Below, one piece after another: positions 7,789 to 16,798 of a stretch of 33,265 nucleotides of DNA. The notes under the pieces were generated by a model that was not told the origin of the DNA, did no database searches, and saw nothing but the letters and a program-made list of their open reading frames with translations. Each line of letters opens with the position of its first letter. The first letter of the stretch is position 1. Origin of the DNA: a virus (taxonomy: Duplodnaviria > Caudoviricetes); the IMG/VR virus record IMGVR_UViG_3300016265_000511, positions 1-33,265 of that record; one strand, written 5' to 3'. The position numbers and the translations under genes are program-made.

Positions 7789-8113
7789 CTACACCGATCA
7801 GTCGTGGAAGTTCCTTCGTAAGCGTGCTTCAGAGGTCGGGGTCAATATCTACGTCGTGCCATCTGGGGCGCACGTCCACGGCCATACGCAGGCAGTTTTT
7901 GACTGGATGCGCTCTGGTGAGTGGCTATCTGACATCATGGCCCGTGAGCTCTGGAAGATGGACGCCTCAAAGCTAAGGTTTTATATTCGTCAGATCGAGC
8001 GCAGGGGCTGGCAAACCGAGCAAGAGACGCACACGCTCAAAGGCAGACCTTATATCGAAACATTCACACAATACCGGCTAACCACTTGGAAGCCGGAAGG
8101 AGCAATTAAATGA
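7769..8113 (+). CDS. Hypothetical, possibly winged-helix protein
   Basis: GTG 7769 with GAGGA SD, in frame with ORF 7739..8113; ASKLRFYIRQIERRGW...YRL. Confidence 0.5.
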   Translation: MKNWKRDYTDQSWKFLRKRASEVGVNIYVVPSGAHVHGHTQAVFDWMRSGEWLSDIMARELWKMDASKLRFYIRQIERRGWQTEQETHTLKGRPYIETFTQYRLTTWKPEGAIK

Positions 8114-8283
8114 ACATCGAATATAAACCTGTCAACGACCGCACGCCGCGCAAGATCCCGAAGGCCGTGCAGATCATGACTCACGCTGTGCTCGGGGCAG
8201 CGCTGGCTAGTTTGACCTTGGTGGCCCTGATCCTTATCGAGGTGGTGATATACTTCTGGAACCTGATCATGGCGATGATATGA
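8110..8283 (+). CDS. Small membrane protein (57 aa), not in ORF track
   Basis: AAGGAG SD, ATGA overlaps at both ends; long hydrophobic C-terminal half. Confidence 0.65.
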   Translation: MNIEYKPVNDRTPRKIPKAVQIMTHAVLGAALASLTLVALILIEVVIYFWNLIMAMI

Positions 8284-10382
8284 GAATCAGCCTCAGCATC
8301 AGCCTGGATGTGGTTGGCAAGGCCACTGGCTATGAATACAGCGCGCTAACGGAGCGTCTGACGCCCGCAGAACTCACTCCCAACGAGCTTTTTGACCATC
8401 TGGCTGTCAAGGGCCACCCTATCTGCTGTGCGGCCCTTAAAACAAACAAGGAAGGCCATGCACGTCGTGGACTGGCGTCCTTCGTGAGCTCGCAGGTGTT
8501 CGGTGTGGATGTCGACCACGGCGAAATCGCATTCGACAGCCTGCGAGATGACCCATACCTAGCCAAAAACGCCCTGTTTGCCTACACAACCCCGAGCCAT
8601 ACCGAGGAGCATCCGAGGTTTCGCATCATCTTCGTGCTGCCACAGCCGATAACCAACCCCGACCACTACAAGAAGCTTGTCGTGGAGATCGGTGACCGCT
8701 ACCGAGGCGATAAAAACGCCCGTGATGCCGTCCGTCTGTGGTTCGGAAGCCCCAATGCACAGACGATCTGGTGGGGTAAGACACTCGATGCTCAGGAGGT
8801 GGAGGCTATACTGCTCGATGATACCGAGACGAAGGCCGCAGATGTCCAGCACAAGGCTATGGCTACGCGATCGTTCACGCTCGATGAGCTGGCGCACCTT
8901 CTGAGGTTTTTACCGGCACAGCAAGACCACATCGACTGGAAGCGGGCCATTGCCGGTATCTTTAATGAATTCGGGGCGAACCATGAGGTCTTTTCCATGC
9001 TCGATTCATGGTCACCATGCGACCGCGGGTATGCCAAGGAGTACCACTACCGGCTTCAGCGTGTCAGCATCGGCACGACGATATGGCTCGCGCAGAAGAA
9101 CGGCTATCAAGTCCCCAAGGATATACTGCGCGAAGCCCCGAAGACCACCGAGGAGATCAACGATGCCATCGAGGCGTACCTCAGAGCTCGCGGGAAGTAT
9201 CGGATGAACGTCGTTAGGATGGTCTGTGAGTACCAGGTCGATAACGAGGACTGGGAAGCCATCGATGACTACTTCGTCAACTCGTGCCTCAGGCGGATGC
9301 GGGCCGCTAAGATTAAGACCACAGGTCAGCGAATCTGGGAGATCCTCAACTCTGAATTCTCGGAGCCTTACGACCCATATGAGGACTATCTTGATAGCCT
9401 GCCGGATTGGGATGGTCGCACGGATTACATCCGTGAGCTATCCGACTTACTTCCGGCAGACCCGACACTCATGATGCCAGCAGAGGCGCAACAGTTGCGT
9501 AACTACGTGCTAATGCGTCGCTGGCTTATTGGGGCCGTTGCGTGCGCCTATGAGCACCAGCCGAATCATATTATGCTGGTGCTGCAGGGGGCACAGGCGA
9601 CGGGCAAGACAACATTCCTGCGGGCACTGTGCCCGCCAGCACTGCGAGGACATCATTACTACGAGGGTAGTATATCGGCAGATCGTGATGATAAGATCAA
9701 CATAGCCAAGGCTTTCCTCGCTGTTGATGATGAGCTGGAGTCGATCACCAAGCGCGAGAACGAGGCGATCAAGGCCATTATCACCAAGGGTGATGACGTT
9801 GTACGGCTACCATACGCCAGGGCATCGGTGACCGTCAAGCGCCGCACGTCGTTTGCTGGCTCGGTAAACCGTAGGACGTTCCTTAATGACGAGACTGGTA
9901 GCCGTCGTTTCGCCGTTATACCCATCGGTGACCGCATTGATCTCAAGGCACTCGAGGCAGTGCAGATCGACAAGTGCTGGGCGCAGGCCTATGGACTCTG
10001 GAAGATGGGAGACCGTGGGTATTTCGATGGCAAAGACACGGCCGATATCGAGGATTTCAACCGCGAATTTGAGGTCAAGAACATGACGGATGACCTCGTC
10101 GATCGCTGGATCGTCAGCACGAATGATGAGGCTGATGCAAGACCTGTGCCGGCAACGGAGGTTGCGCAGGCCATCAGAATGAAACTTGGAGAGCGTCAGA
10201 ATCTGGTCATAGACAACCGTTTGGTGCACCAGCTTGGCCGTTCATTGGCAAAGGCGAAGTACGTAAAAAAACGTAAGATGGTAGACGGTTTTATGCTGGA
10301 AGGATGGATGGTCAGAGTGCGCGAAGCACACCGAGATGCCTCGAAAGTGCTCGGAAATTCGGATCACGAGGGAGAATTTTGA
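8280..10382 (+). CDS. Primase-helicase: AEP-like N-terminus, PriCT-2-like domain, VirE/VapE-type P-loop ATPase
   Basis: GVDVD and YTTPSH..EHPRFR (primase), DWKR..AG (PriCT-2), LQGAQATGKTT Walker A, DDELE, RLPY, FLNDETGSRRF. Confidence 0.85.
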   Translation: MRISLSISLDVVGKATGYEYSALTERLTPAELTPNELFDHLAVKGHPICCAALKTNKEGHARRGLASFVSSQVFGVDVDHGEIAFDSLRDDPYLAKNALFAYTTPSHTEEHPRFRIIFVLPQPITNPDHYKKLVVEIGDRYRGDKNARDAVRLWFGSPNAQTIWWGKTLDAQEVEAILLDDTETKAADVQHKAMATRSFTLDELAHLLRFLPAQQDHIDWKRAIAGIFNEFGANHEVFSMLDSWSPCDRGYAKEYHYRLQRVSIGTTIWLAQKNGYQVPKDILREAPKTTEEINDAIEAYLRARGKYRMNVVRMVCEYQVDNEDWEAIDDYFVNSCLRRMRAAKIKTTGQRIWEILNSEFSEPYDPYEDYLDSLPDWDGRTDYIRELSDLLPADPTLMMPAEAQQLRNYVLMRRWLIGAVACAYEHQPNHIMLVLQGAQATGKTTFLRALCPPALRGHHYYEGSISADRDDKINIAKAFLAVDDELESITKRENEAIKAIITKGDDVVRLPYARASVTVKRRTSFAGSVNRRTFLNDETGSRRFAVIPIGDRIDLKALEAVQIDKCWAQAYGLWKMGDRGYFDGKDTADIEDFNREFEVKNMTDDLVDRWIVSTNDEADARPVPATEVAQAIRMKLGERQNLVIDNRLVHQLGRSLAKAKYVKKRKMVDGFMLEGWMVRVREAHRDASKVLGNSDHEGEF

Positions 10383-10385
10383 CCT

Positions 10386-10943
10386 ATGAAAAACCCAAAG
10401 TTGCGCAAAGGAAGTATACAAAGGGTACAAAACCTCGGCAAGGTTCAGATCGATGAGCTTCGGATGCCCCAGAATTTGGGTACTTCGCATGGAAGTACAC
10501 AACCCGACCTAAACACCAGTATTGTCAACGCTTTACAGCCGTCAGTTAATCCTTATTTGTATACTTTAAATGAAGATTCTAGAAAGATAATCAAGAAAGT
10601 ATATAAGAGTGAGAAACAGCGTTTTAAGTACCAAGTACCCCAAGTACACAAAAGTACCCCAGAGGATGCTGACCCGTGGGCGATGTGGTATGTGGAAAAG
10701 TACGGGCAGCCGATGGGCGACGCATACGAACCCGACATCATGCAGGCCCTTGAAGACTTCGGGCTGACCGAAGAGCGCATCATCGCAACCGAGGACGTCA
10801 TCCGTGCCGGTCAGATCATGCGCAACCGAGGCGACAAGTCATTTCTTGCGATGATGACAGCATTGACGGCATCCGATTACGTCTGGACAGAACATCCGAT
10901 CACTAACGTCTGGAGAGCCCGTGCAAAATTCCCAGGTGAATGA
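10386..10943 (+). CDS. Hypothetical protein overlapping the repeat field (true start uncertain)
   Basis: 185-aa ORF; 5' half AT-rich and repeat-laden, 3' half with typical codon usage. Confidence 0.5.
   Translation: MKNPKLRKGSIQRVQNLGKVQIDELRMPQNLGTSHGSTQPDLNTSIVNALQPSVNPYLYTLNEDSRKIIKKVYKSEKQRFKYQVPQVHKSTPEDADPWAMWYVEKYGQPMGDAYEPDIMQALEDFGLTEERIIATEDVIRAGQIMRNRGDKSFLAMMTALTASDYVWTEHPITNVWRARAKFPGE
10411..10660. repeat. AAGTA(C/T) iteron-like repeats, candidate replication origin
   Basis: AAGTAC at 10493, 10626, 10633, 10642, 10652; inverted GTACTT at ~10480; AAGTATACAAA (10412) inverted at ~10556; AT-rich; directly after the primase-helicase. Confidence 0.6.
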
Positions 10944-11391
10944 GGACGACCTCTACGAATTGATGGATTTGGCGGACGAAAAGTGGGAGAGGGAGTATCA
11001 AACTACCCTTGAGCAGAAAAAACGCCGCCACGGGCCTGCAAACGGCCAAAAAAGGCCATTGCTAGAGCATGAAATACAGCGAAACATTGCTTCCGAGCTC
11101 GAAAAGGACGGCTTTATGGTCATTCGCATCAACTCCAGCACTCAGATTGCCGAGTCCGGCACGCGCCTGTCATCGTATCGCGTGGTCAATATCAACGCCA
11201 CGGCAGGTCATGCCGATCTTGTGGTCTACAAAAACGGCAGGGTATGGATGCTCGAGGTCAAACGCGACAAGCGAGGTAAGCAGTCTGAGAGTCAGGTGCG
11301 GTTTGCTTCCTGTTGCAAGCGGTACGGCGTACCATACGCCGTGGTGACCTGCGCCGATGATGCGCGGTACTTTATCAACCTCAATTCCTAA
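10921..11391 (+). CDS. VRR-NUC domain endonuclease (Holliday junction resolvase-like)
   Basis: EHEIQ...GHADL...LEVK...GKQSESQ..F; start may be GTG 10936. Confidence 0.85.
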   Translation: MQNSQVNEDDLYELMDLADEKWEREYQTTLEQKKRRHGPANGQKRPLLEHEIQRNIASELEKDGFMVIRINSSTQIAESGTRLSSYRVVNINATAGHADLVVYKNGRVWMLEVKRDKRGKQSESQVRFASCCKRYGVPYAVVTCADDARYFINLNS

Positions 11392-11395
11392 TCCC

Positions 11396-11680
11396 ATGAA
11401 CAAAGTCTACAAGCAAGTGATGACAGAGGCCGCCGAGCAGTGTGGCGCAACATTCGAGCAAGCGTGCGAGGAAGGCCGTCCAGCCGGTGCTGTCATGGCA
11501 CGTCGTATTGCGTGGTGGATTCTGCACAATGACTACGGGTGGGCAGAGAAGACCATCGCGGCTAATGCTGGCAAGTGGCGTCTGGCTACCGTTCACCGTG
11601 GCATTGAGATCATCGATGAGGAGCCAGCATCATCGACCACAGGCAGGACTATTGAGAGAGTTCGTGCTAACATATCATGA
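11396..11680 (+). CDS. DnaA C-terminal-like helix-turn-helix protein
   Basis: ARRIAWWIL...TIA...ATVHRGI resembles DnaA domain IV; ATG 11396 in frame with ORF 11357. Confidence 0.55.
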   Translation: MNKVYKQVMTEAAEQCGATFEQACEEGRPAGAVMARRIAWWILHNDYGWAEKTIAANAGKWRLATVHRGIEIIDEEPASSTTGRTIERVRANIS

Positions 11681-11711
11681 TTTGGTTTTGTGGTGTGCGT
11701 AGGTTTGTTAT

Positions 11712-12125
11712 ATGCCAGGTGGACGACCTACAAAATGGAACCCCGAAACGATGCTACCCATCCTCGAGCGATGCGCCGAGGAAGGGATGTTTCGTTATGA
11801 GATCGCCCGTGAATTGGGCGTGGCACATAAGACCATGCTGGAATGGGAAGAACGTGGCGAGCACGACCCAGAGTATGCAGAGTTTCGTAAAGCCATAAAA
11901 CACTGTGATGATTGTGCTGTGGCTATTCTTGAGGCCTATGCCCGTAAAACCGCCACAGGCCAGACCGAGGCCGTTAATCCATCTATCCTGATCTTCACAC
12001 TCAAGAACAAAAACGGCTGGCGGGATCGCCAAGAAGTCGAGCAGACTGTTAAGGGTGACGCCTCCATTACTGTGAACCTGGGCGGTGCTCGCTCTGCTGG
12101 CGAGCTCGATGGGCGCGACGCTTAA
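11712..12125 (+). CDS. terS: Terminase small subunit
   Basis: GRPTK N-terminus, HTH (EIARELGVAHKTMLEW), IFTLKN..GWRD; directly before TerL. Confidence 0.8.
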   Translation: MPGGRPTKWNPETMLPILERCAEEGMFRYEIARELGVAHKTMLEWEERGEHDPEYAEFRKAIKHCDDCAVAILEAYARKTATGQTEAVNPSILIFTLKNKNGWRDRQEVEQTVKGDASITVNLGGARSAGELDGRDA

Positions 12126-13284
12126 CTTCGAGCTGCACCCAGAGCAAGAGCGCATCTGGAATCACCGGCGCCGTTTCAACGTGGTCAACTGCGGCCGACG
12201 GTTTGGCAAGACCATCTTAGCCGAGGCAGTGCTTGCCGAGAACATCACGACAGGCGACCCTGCGGCGTACTTCGCCCCAACCTACAAGATGCTGATGGAG
12301 GTCTGGCGCACGGTCAAGCGAGACCTGCAGGCCGTCATCAAAGAAACCAATGAGAGCGAGAAGCGAATAACCTACATCAATGGTGGTCAACTTGACTTCT
12401 GGTCGCTGGACAACTTCGACGCTGTGCGAGGCCGCAAGTATCGCCGCGTGGTGATCGATGAGGCCGCTATGGTTCCCAACCTCGAGGAAGCATGGACGAT
12501 GGCCATACGTCCAACGCTTGCCGACTTCAAGGGCGACGCATGGTTTTTCTCCACGCCCAAGGGCCGTAACTACTTTTACCAGCTGGCACAGCGTGCGCAG
12601 ACTGACGAGACGTGGAGCTACTGGCAGATGCCAACGGACTCCAATCCCTTCATAGCCCGTGATGAGATCGACGCGGCCCGTGCTGAGCTGCCGTCGATCG
12701 TATTTCAACAGGAGTTCCTTGCTGAGTTTATCGATGTGCAGGGGGCATTGGTCAAGCGCGAGATGCTGACGTATGTCAACAGTAGCGAACTGCCATCAGA
12801 CCTGCGTATCGGCATGGGTGTCGACCTTGCCATAAGCCAGAAGGAGACGGCCGATTACAGCTCTATCGTAGTGGTCGGCTATCACAAGGACTCCGGCCGT
12901 CGGTACGTGCTCGACGTCTGGCGTGGTCGTGTGGGGTTTCATGATGTCGTCGGGACTATACAGGCCTATGCCAGCAAATGGAAGCCGAGCCGCATCAACA
13001 TCGAGGCCGTGCAGTATCAGGTTGCTGTGGTGCAGGAACTCCTGCGCAAGACCTCACTACCCGTGCGAGCAATCAAGCCCGACCGCGACAAGGTCAGCCG
13101 CTTTCACGGTGTGCTGGCCCGTTATGAGCAACTGCTGTTCACTCATGTGCGAGGCATCGACCCAGCCTTCGAACACGAACTACTTTCGTTCCCAACGTCT
13201 GACCATGACGACATGGTCGACGCCCTTGTCTATGCCGACCAAGCCGCTGTGAAGAGCATGGGCGCTGGTGCGGTGATTATCTAA
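12109..13284 (+). CDS. terL: Terminase large subunit
   Basis: GRRFGKT Walker A, IDEAA Walker B, STPKG, nuclease GVDLA and HDDMVDA. Confidence 0.95.
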   Translation: MGATLNFELHPEQERIWNHRRRFNVVNCGRRFGKTILAEAVLAENITTGDPAAYFAPTYKMLMEVWRTVKRDLQAVIKETNESEKRITYINGGQLDFWSLDNFDAVRGRKYRRVVIDEAAMVPNLEEAWTMAIRPTLADFKGDAWFFSTPKGRNYFYQLAQRAQTDETWSYWQMPTDSNPFIARDEIDAARAELPSIVFQQEFLAEFIDVQGALVKREMLTYVNSSELPSDLRIGMGVDLAISQKETADYSSIVVVGYHKDSGRRYVLDVWRGRVGFHDVVGTIQAYASKWKPSRINIEAVQYQVAVVQELLRKTSLPVRAIKPDRDKVSRFHGVLARYEQLLFTHVRGIDPAFEHELLSFPTSDHDDMVDALVYADQAAVKSMGAGAVII

Positions 13285-13299
13285 CCATCAAAACAACCT

Positions 13300-15987
13300 A
13301 TGAGCATCATTACCCGCATCAAACAGTTTATATCGCCAACCGGCGAGCAGGCCGTCAATGACCTGCCGTCGATCGTGGGAGACATCTGGAGTAAGCACTC
13401 CTTCACGCCCGTCACCAACTGGAACGCGGCCTACACCATGTGGAAGGCTAACCCGATTGCACAGGGGTGCACGCTGGCTTACTCACTCATGATGCCGGAG
13501 GCGCAGCTTGGTGTCATCACCCCGAATGGCTACGACTACGAGCAGCCGGTGGTGGAGCTGCTGACGCGCGATCAGTGGCGCGTAAGCATGGCAGAGATCA
13601 TGACGATCTTGTGCATCGGTGGCAACGCCTACGGCTACAAGCTGCGGAACTCGCAGGGCGCTGTCATCGGCCTGCGCTGGTATTCCGACAAGCGCTTTGC
13701 CCCTGTCAACAACGGCTGGGGCGACGTGGACTTTTACTTCTATTACGACGGGATGCAGAGCTACCGCGTGCCGAAGGAAGACGTCGTTCATCTTGTAGGC
13801 TTCTGGTATGACCCCGAAAAGCCATTGGGCGGCGGTTCGCCTGTCGATCTTGCGAGCCAGTCCATCGAAGGTTTCAACGAGGCCAGTTCGACGGTGTATA
13901 ACATCCACAAAAACGACGCCATGCCGAAGACGGTGGTGGTCTACGACGAAGAGCTGACCCCTGATCAGATCGCCGCTGCCGAGCGTACCTTCAAGCGCAA
14001 GTATGGGGGCGAGCGTCGCGGTGCTGTTGGCCACATGTGGGGTGTAAAGGACATCAAGCGCCTTGCGCTCGATTGGGCAGAAATGGGGCTGTCTGACACC
14101 TTCGGCCAATACGAGACCCGCATCTGCGGCGTGTATCGTGTTCACCCCATTATCGCCTTCACGCACGCTGGTCTTGCCACGTCAACCTACTCCAACTTCG
14201 AGCAGGCCTCTAAGGACTTCACGACAATGAGCCGTGTGCCCTTCTGGAACATGCTGGCCGAACAGCTCAACGCCCAGCTGGCCATCCCAGATTTCGGTGT
14301 GCAGCTTGGCTTTGACCTGAGCACCGTACAGGCCTTGGCAGGTCAGGCGATTGCGAGTGAGGCGATCAGCATTCAGGATGATGACATCAGCGATGACAGC
14401 CCTGATAATGGGGACGTGCAGACTTTGTCACTGGAAGGAGGTGCGGCCTCGAAGGCTGCGCCCTTTCCCAGATTATTACCTCCTGCCGTAAAGGCTTACG
14501 AAGAGATCGACTTCACGCCACCACAAGGCGTGCGTGACGAAGCCAAGAAGGGCCTCGACTGGCGTGCCGAATATGGCAGGGGCGGGACTGCCGTCGGTGT
14601 TGCCAGAGCGCGTGACCTGTCCAATGGTCGCACGATCAGCCCAGACACTGCACGGCGCATGAACAGTTACTTCGCACGGCATGAGGTCGACAAGCAGGGC
14701 GAAGGCTGGCGACCAGGTGAGGACGGTTTCCCTTCGGCAGGTCGTATCGCGTGGGCTCTCTGGGGTGGCGACCCTGGGCAGGTGTGGAGCGCAAAGCTGG
14801 TGGCGCAGATGAATGCAGAGGATGAAAGAGAAGGACGCAGTGTAAAAGTGCAGAATGCCGACAGAGCCGTAATCGTTGACATCGACGGCACGCTGGTGAC
14901 CGATACCGGCAACCCTAAGCAGAACGTCATTGACCACATCAATGGTAAGCATAACAGCTACGTCGTGCATATTGTCACGGGGCGCACCGACGACAGGCGT
15001 GCCGAAACTGAGCGCCTGCTGGAGTCGATAGGCGTGCTCTATGACGAGCTCCATCTGAACGACACCACGGCCCCAACGATCCGCTGGAAGGAGTACAAGG
15101 CAGGTCTTATCCTCGAAGAGACGCCAGTATCGGAAGCCATCGACAACGACGCAGACGTGCGCGAGATGTACCGCAGGCTGGGTATACGTGCCATTAGCCC
15201 GTCAGACATCCCCCAGAGCCGTGCCGAGCTCATGACCAATGTGAAGACGTGGCTTCAGTCACCAGACCCCGAGGTGCGCATTAAGGCACTGGACACGGTG
15301 CTGGCCGATGTCGAGCGCAAGCTGGCCCGTGCGTGGAGCAAGGAGCTGACCAAACTCCAGCAGGCCGTGGTAGGTGCAAAGACTCTAGTCAAGGCCGAGG
15401 ACTTCAACGAGGACATCTGGCGGCAAAGGTTCGTCGATGCTACCGAGGTTGAGCGCTCGGAACTGGTGACCCTTATCCTGACATTGGCAGCAGCAGAGGT
15501 TGACTATGACGGTGAGCCGGGGGAATTTGGCAAAGCCAGAGACGAGGGCATCCGTGAGAGTGCTGGCAAGATCAGTGATTCCGTGGGCACGATCAAGTCA
15601 GAACTGACTGAGATTCTTGTGCAGAATCAGGGCCTGCCGAACAAGGAGCTCACGGCCCTGCTCGAGTCGTACTTTGATAACCTCAAAGCCCCATTGCGTC
15701 CAGGCATGAAGCAAAGCCGTGCCGATGTCATAGCCCGCACGACCGGCACAGCTACGACAGGCGTAGTGCAGAAGGATGTCTGGAAGGCCATCGGTGGCAT
15801 TACGCGCGAGTGGACGGCCCTGTCAGGGGCACGGGATGCACACGCCGCTGCTTCGGGAAGCCGTGAGGATAATGCCGGCCTATTTACCGTGGGTGGTGAA
15901 CAGACGCCATATCCTGCTGGCCCTGGACTCAGTGCCGCTAACTCCGTCAACTGCCGATGCTTCGCTCGTGCCGTCCGTGTGACCTAA
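13300..15987 (+). CDS. Portal protein fused to an orphan domain, a HAD phosphatase and a MuF-like head morphogenesis domain
   Basis: HK97-type portal N-terminal ~350 aa (GGNAYG, DVVHL, GGSP, TYSNFEQA); DIDGT/TGR/DND HAD motifs; C-terminal YPAGP...NCRC MuF signature; single uninterrupted ORF. Confidence 0.85.
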   Translation: MSIITRIKQFISPTGEQAVNDLPSIVGDIWSKHSFTPVTNWNAAYTMWKANPIAQGCTLAYSLMMPEAQLGVITPNGYDYEQPVVELLTRDQWRVSMAEIMTILCIGGNAYGYKLRNSQGAVIGLRWYSDKRFAPVNNGWGDVDFYFYYDGMQSYRVPKEDVVHLVGFWYDPEKPLGGGSPVDLASQSIEGFNEASSTVYNIHKNDAMPKTVVVYDEELTPDQIAAAERTFKRKYGGERRGAVGHMWGVKDIKRLALDWAEMGLSDTFGQYETRICGVYRVHPIIAFTHAGLATSTYSNFEQASKDFTTMSRVPFWNMLAEQLNAQLAIPDFGVQLGFDLSTVQALAGQAIASEAISIQDDDISDDSPDNGDVQTLSLEGGAASKAAPFPRLLPPAVKAYEEIDFTPPQGVRDEAKKGLDWRAEYGRGGTAVGVARARDLSNGRTISPDTARRMNSYFARHEVDKQGEGWRPGEDGFPSAGRIAWALWGGDPGQVWSAKLVAQMNAEDEREGRSVKVQNADRAVIVDIDGTLVTDTGNPKQNVIDHINGKHNSYVVHIVTGRTDDRRAETERLLESIGVLYDELHLNDTTAPTIRWKEYKAGLILEETPVSEAIDNDADVREMYRRLGIRAISPSDIPQSRAELMTNVKTWLQSPDPEVRIKALDTVLADVERKLARAWSKELTKLQQAVVGAKTLVKAEDFNEDIWRQRFVDATEVERSELVTLILTLAAAEVDYDGEPGEFGKARDEGIRESAGKISDSVGTIKSELTEILVQNQGLPNKELTALLESYFDNLKAPLRPGMKQSRADVIARTTGTATTGVVQKDVWKAIGGITREWTALSGARDAHAAASGSREDNAGLFTVGGEQTPYPAGPGLSAANSVNCRCFARAVRVT

Positions 15988-16004
15988 CATATCACGTTTG
16001 TCTA

Positions 16005-16033
16005 TTGACGATTGCCGAACTTTGCCCTATACG
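16005..16033 (+). promoter_or_regulatory. Sigma70-like promoter for protease/capsid genes
   Basis: TTGACG-17 bp-TATACG in the gap before 16049. Confidence 0.55.
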
Positions 16034-16048
16034 AAATAGGGGGAACCT

Positions 16049-16798
16049 ATGCAAATCGAAAGAAAATCTTTTTCCACAGACTTGAAGGCACTGGCCGAGG
16101 ACGGTATCGTCGAGGCGATTGTGAGTGTTTTCAACAACGTGGACAGCTACGGCGATCGGGTCAAGTTTGGCTTTTTCGCCGATAGCCTTGCCTACAAGAT
16201 GCCGAAGGGAGTCTGGCAGCACGACTGGAACACGCCGGTAGCCAAGACCCTCGAGGCCAAGGAGCTTCTCCCAGGTGACCCGATACTGCCCCTGCAGTTA
16301 CGGGATCTGGGCGGGCTCTACATCAAGGGACAGTTTAACCTTGAAACGCAAGCAGGTCGTGAGACCTTCTCAAACATTAAGCACGGTATCATCGACGAGT
16401 TCAGCATCGGCTACAGCGTGGTGGAGGAGAGCTTCTCTACGGACGGTGCTAGGGAACTTGTCAAAGGACGACTCTACGAGTGGAGTCCAGTATTGTTTGG
16501 TGCAAACCCGATGACGGCAGTGATCAGCGCAAAGGGACTCAACGACGACGTGAGTGATGTCGGTAGCGACATCCAGCGTCTTGTTACGAGGTTGAACGAA
16601 CGCGCCAGCATCCGTCAGAAGGAAGGGCGAACGCTTTCGTCGGCAAACGTGGCACGCCTGACCGAACTCATGGACACCCTCACAACGGCTGCACAGTCCA
16701 TCAAATCATTGATTGACGGTGCGCAACCTGTCAGTGCGAAGGCCGCTATGGAAATGGAGGCTCTTCGTCATCTCATCAACCAACGAAACAAACCATGA
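16049..16798 (+). CDS. HK97-family prohead protease
   Basis: DSYGD, WQHDW, FSIGY, LYEWSPV.FGAN motifs. Confidence 0.9.
   Translation: MQIERKSFSTDLKALAEDGIVEAIVSVFNNVDSYGDRVKFGFFADSLAYKMPKGVWQHDWNTPVAKTLEAKELLPGDPILPLQLRDLGGLYIKGQFNLETQAGRETFSNIKHGIIDEFSIGYSVVEESFSTDGARELVKGRLYEWSPVLFGANPMTAVISAKGLNDDVSDVGSDIQRLVTRLNERASIRQKEGRTLSSANVARLTELMDTLTTAAQSIKSLIDGAQPVSAKAAMEMEALRHLINQRNKP

Noticed and set aside
10626-10660. AAGTAC cluster as a mini CRISPR array
   Set aside because: Units are only 6-10 bp with no spacers
14350-15230. Intein or intron explaining the long portal
   Set aside because: No intein terminal motifs or homing endonuclease motifs; portal sequence does not resume after the insert
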